A model generated the notes under the pieces. The model did not search any database, was not told the DNA's origin, and worked only from the letters and a program-made list of their open reading frames with translations. From the NCBI GenBank assembly GCA_017631895.1, contig JAGBSK010000030.1, positions 12,296-76,295 of the forward strand: 64,000 nt of DNA. The letters run 5' to 3'. The DNA is from Alphaproteobacteria bacterium (GTDB lineage Bacteria > Pseudomonadota > Alphaproteobacteria > Rs-D84). Shown here piece after piece: positions 12,244 to 20,613 of this stretch (position 1 is its first letter; every line of letters starts with the position of its first letter). The translations under genes and the position numbers were made by a program.

Positions 12244-13540
12244 TCACCTCATAGTTCCAAGAACGCGAACGCACATCCCATGATGCCTGCATCATATATA
12301 CGCCGCCAAATTCATCAAATATTTTCATAAACTGCATCGGCACCAGTTTAGATTCCGCGCCAACCTCTATCACATTAACAGACGCTGTATCAACACCATT
12401 TGTTAACGTATCAATAACAACCATTGTTTCAACATTTGTGTCAATTCCCTGAAACGCGGTTGTAATATCACGCACGACGGTATCTGGGTCGCGTTCATCC
12501 TGGGACGAAAACACTTCTAATGCCGGCAAAGTCGCCCGCACACGAATTGTATTTTCATCAATCTCACTTACAAATGCACCCGGCATCAGTTCTGATGCAA
12601 TATTATAAAATTCACCAACTGTTCCAAAACTGCGCACAAATTCGGCAACCACATGTGTTTCACCACATGTCGCATAAATCTGATTCCACCCGGCAATAGG
12701 CTGCATAACGAAACCAATCGCCTGATAACATAACTCGGCCCGCGCCATAACATCCGGCAACAATTCGTATGGCATAACAATTGGCTCTGGCGGTAATTCT
12801 TTTTCGATTTGGAACTGTTCATCCAACTTCTTGCTGTTTTCTTCTATCTGCCGTTTATATTCCGCCACTAATTCTGGGTCCAATTCGGCAACCTTGGGTC
12901 GCGGACTAAGTGTTTGAACAATAGAATCACGGAATATCAACGCCAACCCCAAAACGAACACCCCAATCAGAATTGCGGACACCATACCCGCCCCAAACCG
13001 ACTGATTGAATGTAATGCGATATTATTACGTACCGCCAACAAATCCGCCAGATTACGTTCCGCGGCCCGTGGCATACCCCACGCCCCCGGCGCAAAGAAC
13101 GCCCCCCAATCAGGAATTTCTGACAACTTTACATATTCATTACGTGCCGCATCTTCGGAATCAAAAACACGGTCTTGTAAAATAATTCCATTACGCGCCG
13201 CCACCAAATAGAACTTTTTTTCCACCTGGAACACCGCCAGAAAAGACGTATATTCTGAAAAACTGTCCATAACGGCAACTGCGGCGACATGCATACCCGC
13301 CCGCGCACCATTTTTACGTGCCGCCAACCCGACCATTTCACGATATTCGGTATATAAATTCAGTTTTTTATCAATATTACGCGACAAACTGCGCGCATAA
13401 TTACGCGCGGTAAAACCCGCGGAAACAGGTTGCCAAAACAACCCGACCGCATACTTTTTACGATTAACAGTTATAGTCTGACTGGCCAAGTAAATTCTCT
13501 CTCTGAATATTCTGGTACAGATTATAACACAAAATCCCAA
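12227..13540 (-). CDS. Bitopic inner-membrane assembly protein (GspL/BfpC/R64-PilO-like: cytoplasmic domain, single TM, periplasmic domain)
   Basis: Single central TM (MVSAILIGVFVLGLALIF), about 437 aa, operon context with GspE/GspF. Confidence 0.4.
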   Translation of the reverse strand: MGFCVIICTRIFRERIYLASQTITVNRKKYAVGLFWQPVSAGFTARNYARSLSRNIDKKLNLYTEYREMVGLAARKNGARAGMHVAAVAVMDSFSEYTSFLAVFQVEKKFYLVAARNGIILQDRVFDSEDAARNEYVKLSEIPDWGAFFAPGAWGMPRAAERNLADLLAVRNNIALHSISRFGAGMVSAILIGVFVLGLALIFRDSIVQTLSPRPKVAELDPELVAEYKRQIEENSKKLDEQFQIEKELPPEPIVMPYELLPDVMARAELCYQAIGFVMQPIAGWNQIYATCGETHVVAEFVRSFGTVGEFYNIASELMPGAFVSEIDENTIRVRATLPALEVFSSQDERDPDTVVRDITTAFQGIDTNVETMVVIDTLTNGVDTASVNVIEVGAESKLVPMQFMKIFDEFGGVYMMQASWDVRSRSWNYEVIVYAK

Positions 13541-13561
13541 ACGATAGCAAACGAATATTAA

Positions 13562-13590
13562 CCAATAAAATACCGCCCATCGGCGGTACC
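13562..13590 (-). terminator. Hairpin ACCGCC-CATC-GGCGGT between the OMP gene and the pilus-like operon (terminator/attenuator)
   Basis: Read directly; A/T-rich flanks. Confidence 0.4.
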
Positions 13591-13593
13591 TTA

Positions 13594-14589
13594 TTAAAAC
13601 TCGAACCGCAGTCCCAACATAGCATTAATATAGAACAAATTTTCCGCACTAAACCATTCACGATGTTTGCTGCCATCTTCATTGGACAGTTCCCATTTCA
13701 CCCGTGGAATATACATCCCGCGCACACCAAAGTCCATAAACATAGTCTCGCTTAGCCCATACGAAAATCCCAACGCCACCAATCCAGCTACATTTGATGT
13801 GCTGTACTCAGATTTATAAAAACGAATTAAATTGGAATTATCAGAAAACTCACCATACGGCCACAAATCAGGCTGTTCAGACAAATCGCCATATGGGTCT
13901 GACATATTCAACACAGTTTTTGTGTCCGCATACCCAACACCAAACCCAACATACGGTATAAACTCTCGCGTTGGCTTATACAACCCATCAAAGAAATCAT
14001 AAAACACCATCGCACTGATAACATCGGTTGAAATTTTTGACTGCACAGAGGCACTTTGCACCTCTACAACAACGCCAGTAACATTACCGCCCTGCAATTC
14101 CAATTCGCCATTGAACATAGGCGAGGCATTATATTCACTTTCAGAAATATGATCCCAACCGGCCTCTAATCGCCACTGAGGTCTGTTTGAAACCGTCCAA
14201 CCAATACTGGCACCAGCCGCAAAGGAAAAACCTTCAAAATTCTTGTTGGGACTAACCTTACTTAAATCACCATAGCCCGCATACTGATAACCAACACAGT
14301 TTTCGCACTGATCATAATACATTCTGGTCACAACGGTATTCAGGTCCGGACTGATAAAATATTCATTTACAACTGCGCCAACTTCGTTCTGAATATCCCC
14401 CATCCCAAATGCGGCACCACCACGAACCGAAATCACAAAACGCGAACCATCGTCCGAATACCACCCATCGCCTACATATTCCCCAGGATACTGCCACCCC
14501 GCGACCGCAGGCACACTCATCAGGCACGACAAAATCGGCAAAACAAATAAATTTCTTTTTCTCATGCCTTTTATTATATCACAAACCAC
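13594..14589 (-). CDS. Outer-membrane beta-barrel protein (signal peptide; C-terminal ..LGLRFEF)
   Basis: Signal peptide after the MRKRN start, alternating amphipathic strands, terminal Phe. Confidence 0.5.
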   Translation of the reverse strand: MVCDIIKGMRKRNLFVLPILSCLMSVPAVAGWQYPGEYVGDGWYSDDGSRFVISVRGGAAFGMGDIQNEVGAVVNEYFISPDLNTVVTRMYYDQCENCVGYQYAGYGDLSKVSPNKNFEGFSFAAGASIGWTVSNRPQWRLEAGWDHISESEYNASPMFNGELELQGGNVTGVVVEVQSASVQSKISTDVISAMVFYDFFDGLYKPTREFIPYVGFGVGYADTKTVLNMSDPYGDLSEQPDLWPYGEFSDNSNLIRFYKSEYSTSNVAGLVALGFSYGLSETMFMDFGVRGMYIPRVKWELSNEDGSKHREWFSAENLFYINAMLGLRFEF

Positions 14590-14617
14590 CCCCTAATAAA
14601 AATGAAATCTATTCCAT

Positions 14618-14646
14618 TAAAAAATCCCCACACGGGGGATTTTTAA
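14618..14646 (-). terminator. Hairpin AATCCCC-ACAC-GGGGGATT with A-run/T-run downstream of the lipoprotein gene
   Basis: Read directly. Confidence 0.55.
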
Positions 14647-15059
14647 TAACACGTCCCATACGTACAACCATCCGACACCGCCGGCACAGATACAGTCGCC
14701 GCCCCACCATCACGTGCGGTACGAACACTGTTTGGATGCGGACAATCATACACATTTGCAACCAATACAAATGCACGTTCCGGGCCAAAGATTACCCATT
14801 CATTTGGTTTTGTGCGCTGACTGGTAATCCAGTATGCATTCCCCGGACGCGCCTGGTCCACAATACGATTTTCCATATATCTGCGCGCATCTTCTGCGGC
14901 ATAAACAGACACTTCGGATTCTAACTTATACAAGAACGTGCAACCGATTGGTTCCGCGTCCAGTTGCACTAAATACTGACTGCCGTTTTCATTTTTAACC
15001 ATATTACCACATGCGGCGACCGACAATAAAACCGCAAAAATTGCCAAGAACTTTTTCAT
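14643..15059 (-). CDS. Putative lipoprotein (lipobox ..VAAC), 138 aa
   Basis: MKKFLAIFAVLLSVAAC lipobox signal. Confidence 0.45.
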   Translation of the reverse strand: MKKFLAIFAVLLSVAACGNMVKNENGSQYLVQLDAEPIGCTFLYKLESEVSVYAAEDARRYMENRIVDQARPGNAYWITSQRTKPNEWVIFGPERAFVLVANVYDCPHPNSVRTARDGGAATVSVPAVSDGCTYGTCY

Positions 15060-15076
15060 ATGCCCTCTCCTATTTT

Positions 15077-16036
15077 CTATTCTTCAACTATATCATAGTT
15101 TTCTGGATTGCTGAACAACTTTTTCAACACCAAATTATTCAACGCATGACTGCCCTTGTATGATTCAAGCGCCCCACACACAAACGCGCCCGACGTGAAC
15201 ATATCACCAATCGCATCAATAATTTTATGTCGAACAAATTCGTCCGCCCAAATTGTTTCATTCAGCGTACCATCCCCCGCATCATTTAATGCAATAACAT
15301 TAGATTCGTTTGCACCGCGTCCCATACCACGCTTTTTCAGATATTCCCATTCGGAATATTTTCCAAACGTACGTGCCCGCGCAACATTTTCAACAAAATC
15401 CGCAACCGCATCATCCGACCCATCAAACGAATACGAATAAGACTGATTACCTATTATCTTTTCCGGATAAATCAAAGTCGCCTTAACATCTAATGATTTT
15501 CCAGCATTCGGACTTAATTTCACAAACCCATTACTTTTGCGCCCCGATAATGTATTAAACAACCACAATTTGAACCGCACAAACATTGGCAATTCGCGCA
15601 GCATTTCACGCGCATGCGCAACAACCGTGCGTTTTACCACAACACGTTTCATGGAACCAGCCTTTACCCCTGCGCCACGGAACGCTTCTATAAACAGTGC
15701 CGCGCTGCCATCCAATATTGGTGTTTCTGGTCCATCAATTTCAATAATCGCGCTGTCAACACCAACCATAAACAATGCAGCCATCAGGTGTTCAATCGTC
15801 TGCACATGCGCACCCGACATTTGTCCAACGGTCGTGTTACGCATTTTTGTTTCCCCAACATTATCATATGTCGCGGCAATTAATTCAGTCCCCGCCATAT
15901 CAACACGTCGGAAAAAAATTCCACGTTCCTTGGACGGTTTAATAACCAGATTCACCGGCGCGCCCGAATGAATCCCAACACCAGAAATTTTCACCTGTTT
16001 TTTAAGCGTACTCAATTTAACTTCTCCTTTAACCAA
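15077..16036 (-). CDS. lpxC: UDP-3-O-acyl-N-acetylglucosamine deacetylase
   Basis: N-terminal GVGIHSG, C-terminal HK..DAIGD...SGHALNN motifs. Confidence 0.85.
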   Translation of the reverse strand: MVKGEVKLSTLKKQVKISGVGIHSGAPVNLVIKPSKERGIFFRRVDMAGTELIAATYDNVGETKMRNTTVGQMSGAHVQTIEHLMAALFMVGVDSAIIEIDGPETPILDGSAALFIEAFRGAGVKAGSMKRVVVKRTVVAHAREMLRELPMFVRFKLWLFNTLSGRKSNGFVKLSPNAGKSLDVKATLIYPEKIIGNQSYSYSFDGSDDAVADFVENVARARTFGKYSEWEYLKKRGMGRGANESNVIALNDAGDGTLNETIWADEFVRHKIIDAIGDMFTSGAFVCGALESYKGSHALNNLVLKKLFSNPENYDIVEE

Positions 16037-16914
16037 ACCCAGAACGAATAATCTATCACCGTTTCCAAACGCGCATACCTAATCTGGTCTTGCAATTCCA
16101 CCGGCAACCGCACCCAGTCTTTTTCAGTCGTGATTAATTTTGCCTTTTTCTTGTCCGCCAGCGCAATTAAACGTTCTAAATCTTCACCTGTATATTGATA
16201 ATGGTCTGGAAAACTGCGACGCGCGACAACATTTTTCAATGAATTAAAGAACTTTTTAGGATACCCAATCCCCGCAAACGCGACCAACTTTTCATTTTCA
16301 TCATACGGAGAAGTAGTTTGATTTTTCGCATAGAACACAGGCACCCCCGCCGGCAAAACAAAGTTCCGTTTTGGTTTTTTATTTTTAATCACAACAATCG
16401 CATCCGCATGTCGCGCCATTCGCTTTGGCTGACGCAGCGGTCCGGCGGGCAACATTAATCCATTACCATAACCCAACCCTTCGTCAAATACGATAATAGA
16501 CACATTCTTTTTTATTGTGGGATTTTGCAACCCATCATCCATAACGATTGGCGTATCATCATCTTGTCTGTTCAGTATTGAAATATTACTTTTCCTGTCG
16601 CCGACATGCACCGCCAACCCGGTCCGCGCCAACATAGTTGCCTCGTCCCCGATATTACCGGTCTTGGAACTTTTTTTATAACCACGCATAACAACGGGCG
16701 CGCCATATCTGTTTGCAATTGCACGCACAACGGGCGTTTTTCCAACACCACCCGCCAAAATATTACCAACACAAATAATCGGTCGCCGCGACTTTAACGG
16801 ATGCAAAGATCGCATAAAATACACCACGCGCCCCACGCCATAATAAACCCAAGACACCGGCACCAACAACAACGACACGGGATTTTTACTTAAAAACCAC
16901 CACGGAGTTTTCAT
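16012..16914 (-). CDS. lpxK: Tetraacyldisaccharide 4'-kinase
   Basis: P-loop GNILAGGVGKTP typical of LpxK. Confidence 0.8.
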   Translation of the reverse strand: MKTPWWFLSKNPVSLLLVPVSWVYYGVGRVVYFMRSLHPLKSRRPIICVGNILAGGVGKTPVVRAIANRYGAPVVMRGYKKSSKTGNIGDEATMLARTGLAVHVGDRKSNISILNRQDDDTPIVMDDGLQNPTIKKNVSIIVFDEGLGYGNGLMLPAGPLRQPKRMARHADAIVVIKNKKPKRNFVLPAGVPVFYAKNQTTSPYDENEKLVAFAGIGYPKKFFNSLKNVVARRSFPDHYQYTGEDLERLIALADKKKAKLITTEKDWVRLPVELQDQIRYARLETVIDYSFWVWLKEKLN

Positions 16915-17717
16915 TATTTTCTACCCTTTTTCTTATTCGCTTTTTTTGCCGCTGCCGCTTCGCGCTTTTGTTTTTTATATGCACTACTTTTCAAATCTTG
17001 TTCAATATACGGCAACCCAAACTCAGCATCCAACTCGCGCATTTGTGCGACCATAAAGTCTTCTAAATCTTTTCTAATTTTTTCAAACTCCGCTGCGCTT
17101 GCACGCTTTGGCACAAAAACCGGATTACCAATATTGCACACAATTTTATTAAATGGCACCGCCAACAGATACTTGTCCCATCTGTCCTGAATCCATGCGC
17201 GCTTTGCGGTAAAGCACACCGGAATAATCGGTGCACCCGACATTTTTGCAAAATACAACGCCCCCTCTTTCACACGCAAGGACGGTCCCCCCGGTCCATC
17301 TGGCGACATACAGATTGCATGATCCCCACGTGCCAAAATACGCAATCCCTCACGCAGTACCGACACCCCACCTTTGTGGCTTGACCCATAAATCGCGCGC
17401 ATACCGAACAAGTGCTGTAATTTTGCCATCATACGTCCATCTTTGTGGCGACTGGCAACCGCATACGCGCGCCCCCCACCCAAACAGATAATAGGACTCA
17501 ACATCAAACTACGTCCATGCCAGAACACAAAAATCGCCGGCTTTTTGCGATATTTATAAAACACCTCGATATTAGAAATTCTTTTAACGGACGTAAAATA
17601 AGCGAACCAAATCGGAATCGCCATAAAAACCGCCACAATCCACTGAAAAATCCCCAAAGATAAAATTGGTTCCCAAAATTTTTTCCAAATTTTTCTGAAA
17701 GTTAATTTATCTGCCAC
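16914..17717 (-). CDS. Lysophospholipid acyltransferase-family/DUF374-like protein with Lys-rich tail
   Basis: Position upstream of lpxK as in many alphaproteobacteria; acyltransferase-like HG..S motif region. Confidence 0.45.
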   Translation of the reverse strand: MADKLTFRKIWKKFWEPILSLGIFQWIVAVFMAIPIWFAYFTSVKRISNIEVFYKYRKKPAIFVFWHGRSLMLSPIICLGGGRAYAVASRHKDGRMMAKLQHLFGMRAIYGSSHKGGVSVLREGLRILARGDHAICMSPDGPGGPSLRVKEGALYFAKMSGAPIIPVCFTAKRAWIQDRWDKYLLAVPFNKIVCNIGNPVFVPKRASAAEFEKIRKDLEDFMVAQMRELDAEFGLPYIEQDLKSSAYKKQKREAAAAKKANKKKGRK

Positions 17718-17824
17718 AACAGCCCCTTATTGTTCTAACTTTTCCCAAATCTTAGCAAACAAAAAAATATAATTCAAGAAGGACCAAGGAAAACAGTCAA
17801 AATCCAGAACCAAGATTTTTTTAT

Positions 17825-17852
17825 TTGACTATTGTCATAAATAATATATAAT
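17825..17852 (+). promoter_or_regulatory. Sigma70 promoter for tRNA-fMet (TTGACT, 16-nt spacer, TATAAT)
   Basis: Consensus-like hexamers about 14 nt upstream of the tRNA 5' end. Confidence 0.6.
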
Positions 17853-17865
17853 ACACACACCTTAT

Positions 17866-17942
<77 letters not shown>

Positions 17943-17949
17943 GTTTTAA

Positions 17950-17982
17950 TAAAAAATGCACCAGATATGGTGCATTTTTTAC
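17950..17982. terminator. Bidirectional terminator TGCACCA-gatat-GGTGCA with A6/T6 flanks
   Basis: Read directly between tRNA-fMet and the LRR gene stop. Confidence 0.65.
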
Positions 17983-17984
17983 TA

Positions 17985-18866
17985 CTATCGCACATTCCTA
18001 TCTCTTAAATATTCAGGTAACTTTGCTTCATGTTCTTTTTGAAACTTGCGTTCCATCATATTAAACTTTATACGATTAACACCATCTGACAGTCCACGAA
18101 TTAACGAATTACTATTATCAAACAATTCTATATTTGCATCATGCAAATCAAACACCCCAATACGTACAGGCATTTTACCACGCACACCATAGCGTTGTTT
18201 TAACCATTTTTCATATGTTGCCACACATGGATTGCCAGAGAAATCACTCACCGAAACACTATCCTGTGCCAGTGGATAACCACGCGCCATCATATCTTTA
18301 AAACGCTGATACAACATGGGCGTCAAATCCAAACGTTTCAGCTGGTTATTTGCGCAATTTATCTCACAATTTAAAACAAAGTTCAGATCCAAATCCCTCA
18401 GCGTCATTATCTGATTATCATTACAATCTATACGCCGCCAACCATAAACATTACCTACAGATCGCATAGGCAAATACTTTAAAGACCCAATCTTATTATA
18501 TCCACACTTAAAAGCATAACCTTCGCCCCCTGCCCCAGGCGCTCCTCGCAAACTGGTCAAATTATTATGCGAACAATCAAAATCACCCATAATTTTTACA
18601 CCAGCCAGATTTGGCAATTCCGTCAGCCCCATATTACTTAAATCCAAACTGCCCTTAATTACAAAACCCGCATATTTATGCAAATCATACAGGTTATACT
18701 TCAGCCCATCCTGAACAAAGTAAATACCCTTACCTTCCCGTTTCAGCAATACTTTTTTCACCATTTTTACAAACCCTCTTATCATATCACTACAATCGTA
18801 CCATAATATTCCTAAAAAAACAACACACACTAAAACTAACAAATATTTATTGCCAACCCCACACAC
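17985..18866 (-). CDS. Leucine-rich-repeat (eukaryotic-like) protein, candidate secreted effector (likely start MVKKVLL near 18764)
   Basis: Five or more about 22-aa repeats with (D/N)C-x-x-N-x-(L/I)-x-x-L pattern (CSHNNLTSL, CGYNKIGSL, CNDNQIMTL, CANNQLKRL). Confidence 0.55.
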   Translation of the reverse strand: MCGVGNKYLLVLVCVVFLGILWYDCSDMIRGFVKMVKKVLLKREGKGIYFVQDGLKYNLYDLHKYAGFVIKGSLDLSNMGLTELPNLAGVKIMGDFDCSHNNLTSLRGAPGAGGEGYAFKCGYNKIGSLKYLPMRSVGNVYGWRRIDCNDNQIMTLRDLDLNFVLNCEINCANNQLKRLDLTPMLYQRFKDMMARGYPLAQDSVSVSDFSGNPCVATYEKWLKQRYGVRGKMPVRIGVFDLHDANIELFDNSNSLIRGLSDGVNRIKFNMMERKFQKEHEAKLPEYLRDRNVR

Positions 18867-18874
18867 TCCAATTT

Positions 18875-19249
18875 TTATCCTTCAATATACACAAATCCCT
18901 GTGGGGCGGTGCGAACACCAAATTCAGACAAAGAACGTGGCACTTCAAATCGTACCACATGCCCCAGTTTGTACGCATACGACACATTTCGTCCATTAAA
19001 ATAAGAATCAAAAAATTCGCGTTCAATTCCCGCAAAATCACACGTTTTCGTCCAAACATAATCCGGCGCACCTGATATAACACCACACACATCCACCGCG
19101 CCAACAACCGCACAAACAGGACGAGTTGCATAAATAACAATTTTATCAACCGCGCGTCGCGCAATACTGCGCCGAAATTCAAATTTCTTGTCGCCGGAAA
19201 AAATTCTTTCTACAAATTCTGGTTTTATCGCCAATAATATAGTTGCCAT
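18875..19249 (-). CDS. ASCH-domain protein
   Basis: N-terminal ILLAIKPEFVERIFSGDKKFEFRR matches the ASCH beta-barrel signature. Confidence 0.6.
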   Translation of the reverse strand: MATILLAIKPEFVERIFSGDKKFEFRRSIARRAVDKIVIYATRPVCAVVGAVDVCGVISGAPDYVWTKTCDFAGIEREFFDSYFNGRNVSYAYKLGHVVRFEVPRSLSEFGVRTAPQGFVYIEG

Positions 19250-19298
19250 AAATTCAACCTTTTAATAGAATTATATACAACAACCGACGGAACAAAAA

Positions 19299-19886
19299 AT
19301 GAAAAAAATATTAATATTATCGACCATATTATTTACATACGCCGCCCACGGGGCCATTTACACAAACACCGGAAATTTCCGCCCATACGTTGGAATTGAC
19401 GCGGGTCTGAATATCGCAGATTACACATACACAACCGACCTTGATGAAACCTATTATTCTGCCACAATCAACGCAGGTGCCCGCATCGGTAATAATTTTG
19501 GTGTTGAATTATTTTTCAGTCATTCATCCACCAACGACCTTGAATACACACAATACCTAAGTGCGATTAATCATGAACTTTATTACATGGCATTTGGTTT
19601 TGATATCTATGGTTATTATAACATCAGTCGTGAATTGAATTTTTTCACCACATTTGGTGTTGCGAACTATAAAACATATAATAAATTTGAAATCATAGAA
19701 TCATTAAACACAACTGAAACAAAAGAATCAGATAACGATGTCAGCACCCGCATTGGCATTGGTCTGATATACACATTTCCATCCGACGGCATATCTATTC
19801 TGCTTAAATATCAATACACCCCATTAAACAACGAATTAATCCAAACAATGTCAGAATTTTCCGCCGGCTTCAGATATAATTTTTAA
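19299..19886 (+). CDS. Small outer-membrane beta-barrel protein (OmpW/Omp25-like porin family)
   Basis: Signal peptide ..AAHGA, beta-strand periodicity, C-terminal GFRYNF. Confidence 0.55.
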   Translation: MKKILILSTILFTYAAHGAIYTNTGNFRPYVGIDAGLNIADYTYTTDLDETYYSATINAGARIGNNFGVELFFSHSSTNDLEYTQYLSAINHELYYMAFGFDIYGYYNISRELNFFTTFGVANYKTYNKFEIIESLNTTETKESDNDVSTRIGIGLIYTFPSDGISILLKYQYTPLNNELIQTMSEFSAGFRYNF

Positions 19887-19965
19887 CATATGTTTACTGA
19901 TATAAATAAAAGTTTAGATAAGTATTATTCATTCATTAATTGAACTTTGCACTTTGAACACTAAT

Positions 19966-19991
19966 AAAAATCCCGCACATGCGGGATTTTT
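19966..19991. terminator. Bidirectional terminator ATCCCGC-ACAT-GCGGGAT with A5/T5 flanks
   Basis: Read directly between convergent genes. Confidence 0.65.
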
Positions 19992-20613
19992 ATTTACACT
20001 TTTTCAATTCGTCGCCTGACTCGGCCCGATCAATCTGTTTATTTCTTATTTCCACATCTGCAAAGATTTTTTGCTTTACCAACACAACATCTGGGTGCGA
20101 TTGTAATTCATCATTCATTTTTTCAATTACACCATCCACCAAATGACGATTTTTAACAAATCGAGGCATAACAGATTGCGCAGCGCTATAAATAGATTTT
20201 TGCAATTCCCCCTTGAAATCATCTATAACCGACAAATAGGTTTTTATATGTTTATCTTCGTGCGCCAACACCGCATTATATTCACACGATTCTGGTATAT
20301 GACGCATATCAATATTTACAACAAAATCATTATACCCAACAATCGCATTAACGGATTTTAATCCCACACAGAACCCACCATCAACCGGCACCACATCTGC
20401 ATTTATTTGATAATTATCAACCATGGTCGCGACAACATTCCCATGCAGCAAATCCATTTCTTTGCGCGGTTGAACAATTGTCTTGGACCAATCAGGTGTA
20501 TTTATATAAACGGCAGGAATTTTTTTATATGCCACGCAATCCGCGGCAAAACACGTTCCTAAAAACAAAGCAGAACATCCCAGGACTAATGACAACCCCA
20601 ACCTATGCATCAA
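19990..20613 (-). CDS. Secreted lipoprotein with HExxH (AHEDKH) motif, DUF922-like putative Zn-metallopeptidase; coupled to virB4 (4-nt overlap)
   Basis: Signal/lipobox LVLGCSA, HExxH motif, ATGA overlap with the virB4 stop. Confidence 0.4.
   Translation of the reverse strand: MMHRLGLSLVLGCSALFLGTCFAADCVAYKKIPAVYINTPDWSKTIVQPRKEMDLLHGNVVATMVDNYQINADVVPVDGGFCVGLKSVNAIVGYNDFVVNIDMRHIPESCEYNAVLAHEDKHIKTYLSVIDDFKGELQKSIYSAAQSVMPRFVKNRHLVDGVIEKMNDELQSHPDVVLVKQKIFADVEIRNKQIDRAESGDELKKCK

Noticed and set aside
16572-16797. Small ORFs within lpxK on both strands
   Set aside because: They overlap a conserved gene and have no supporting signals.
18847-19182. 111-aa ORF overlapping the ASCH gene in another frame
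   Set aside because: The same-strand alternative frame has no motif. The ASCH reading frame has the clear domain signature.
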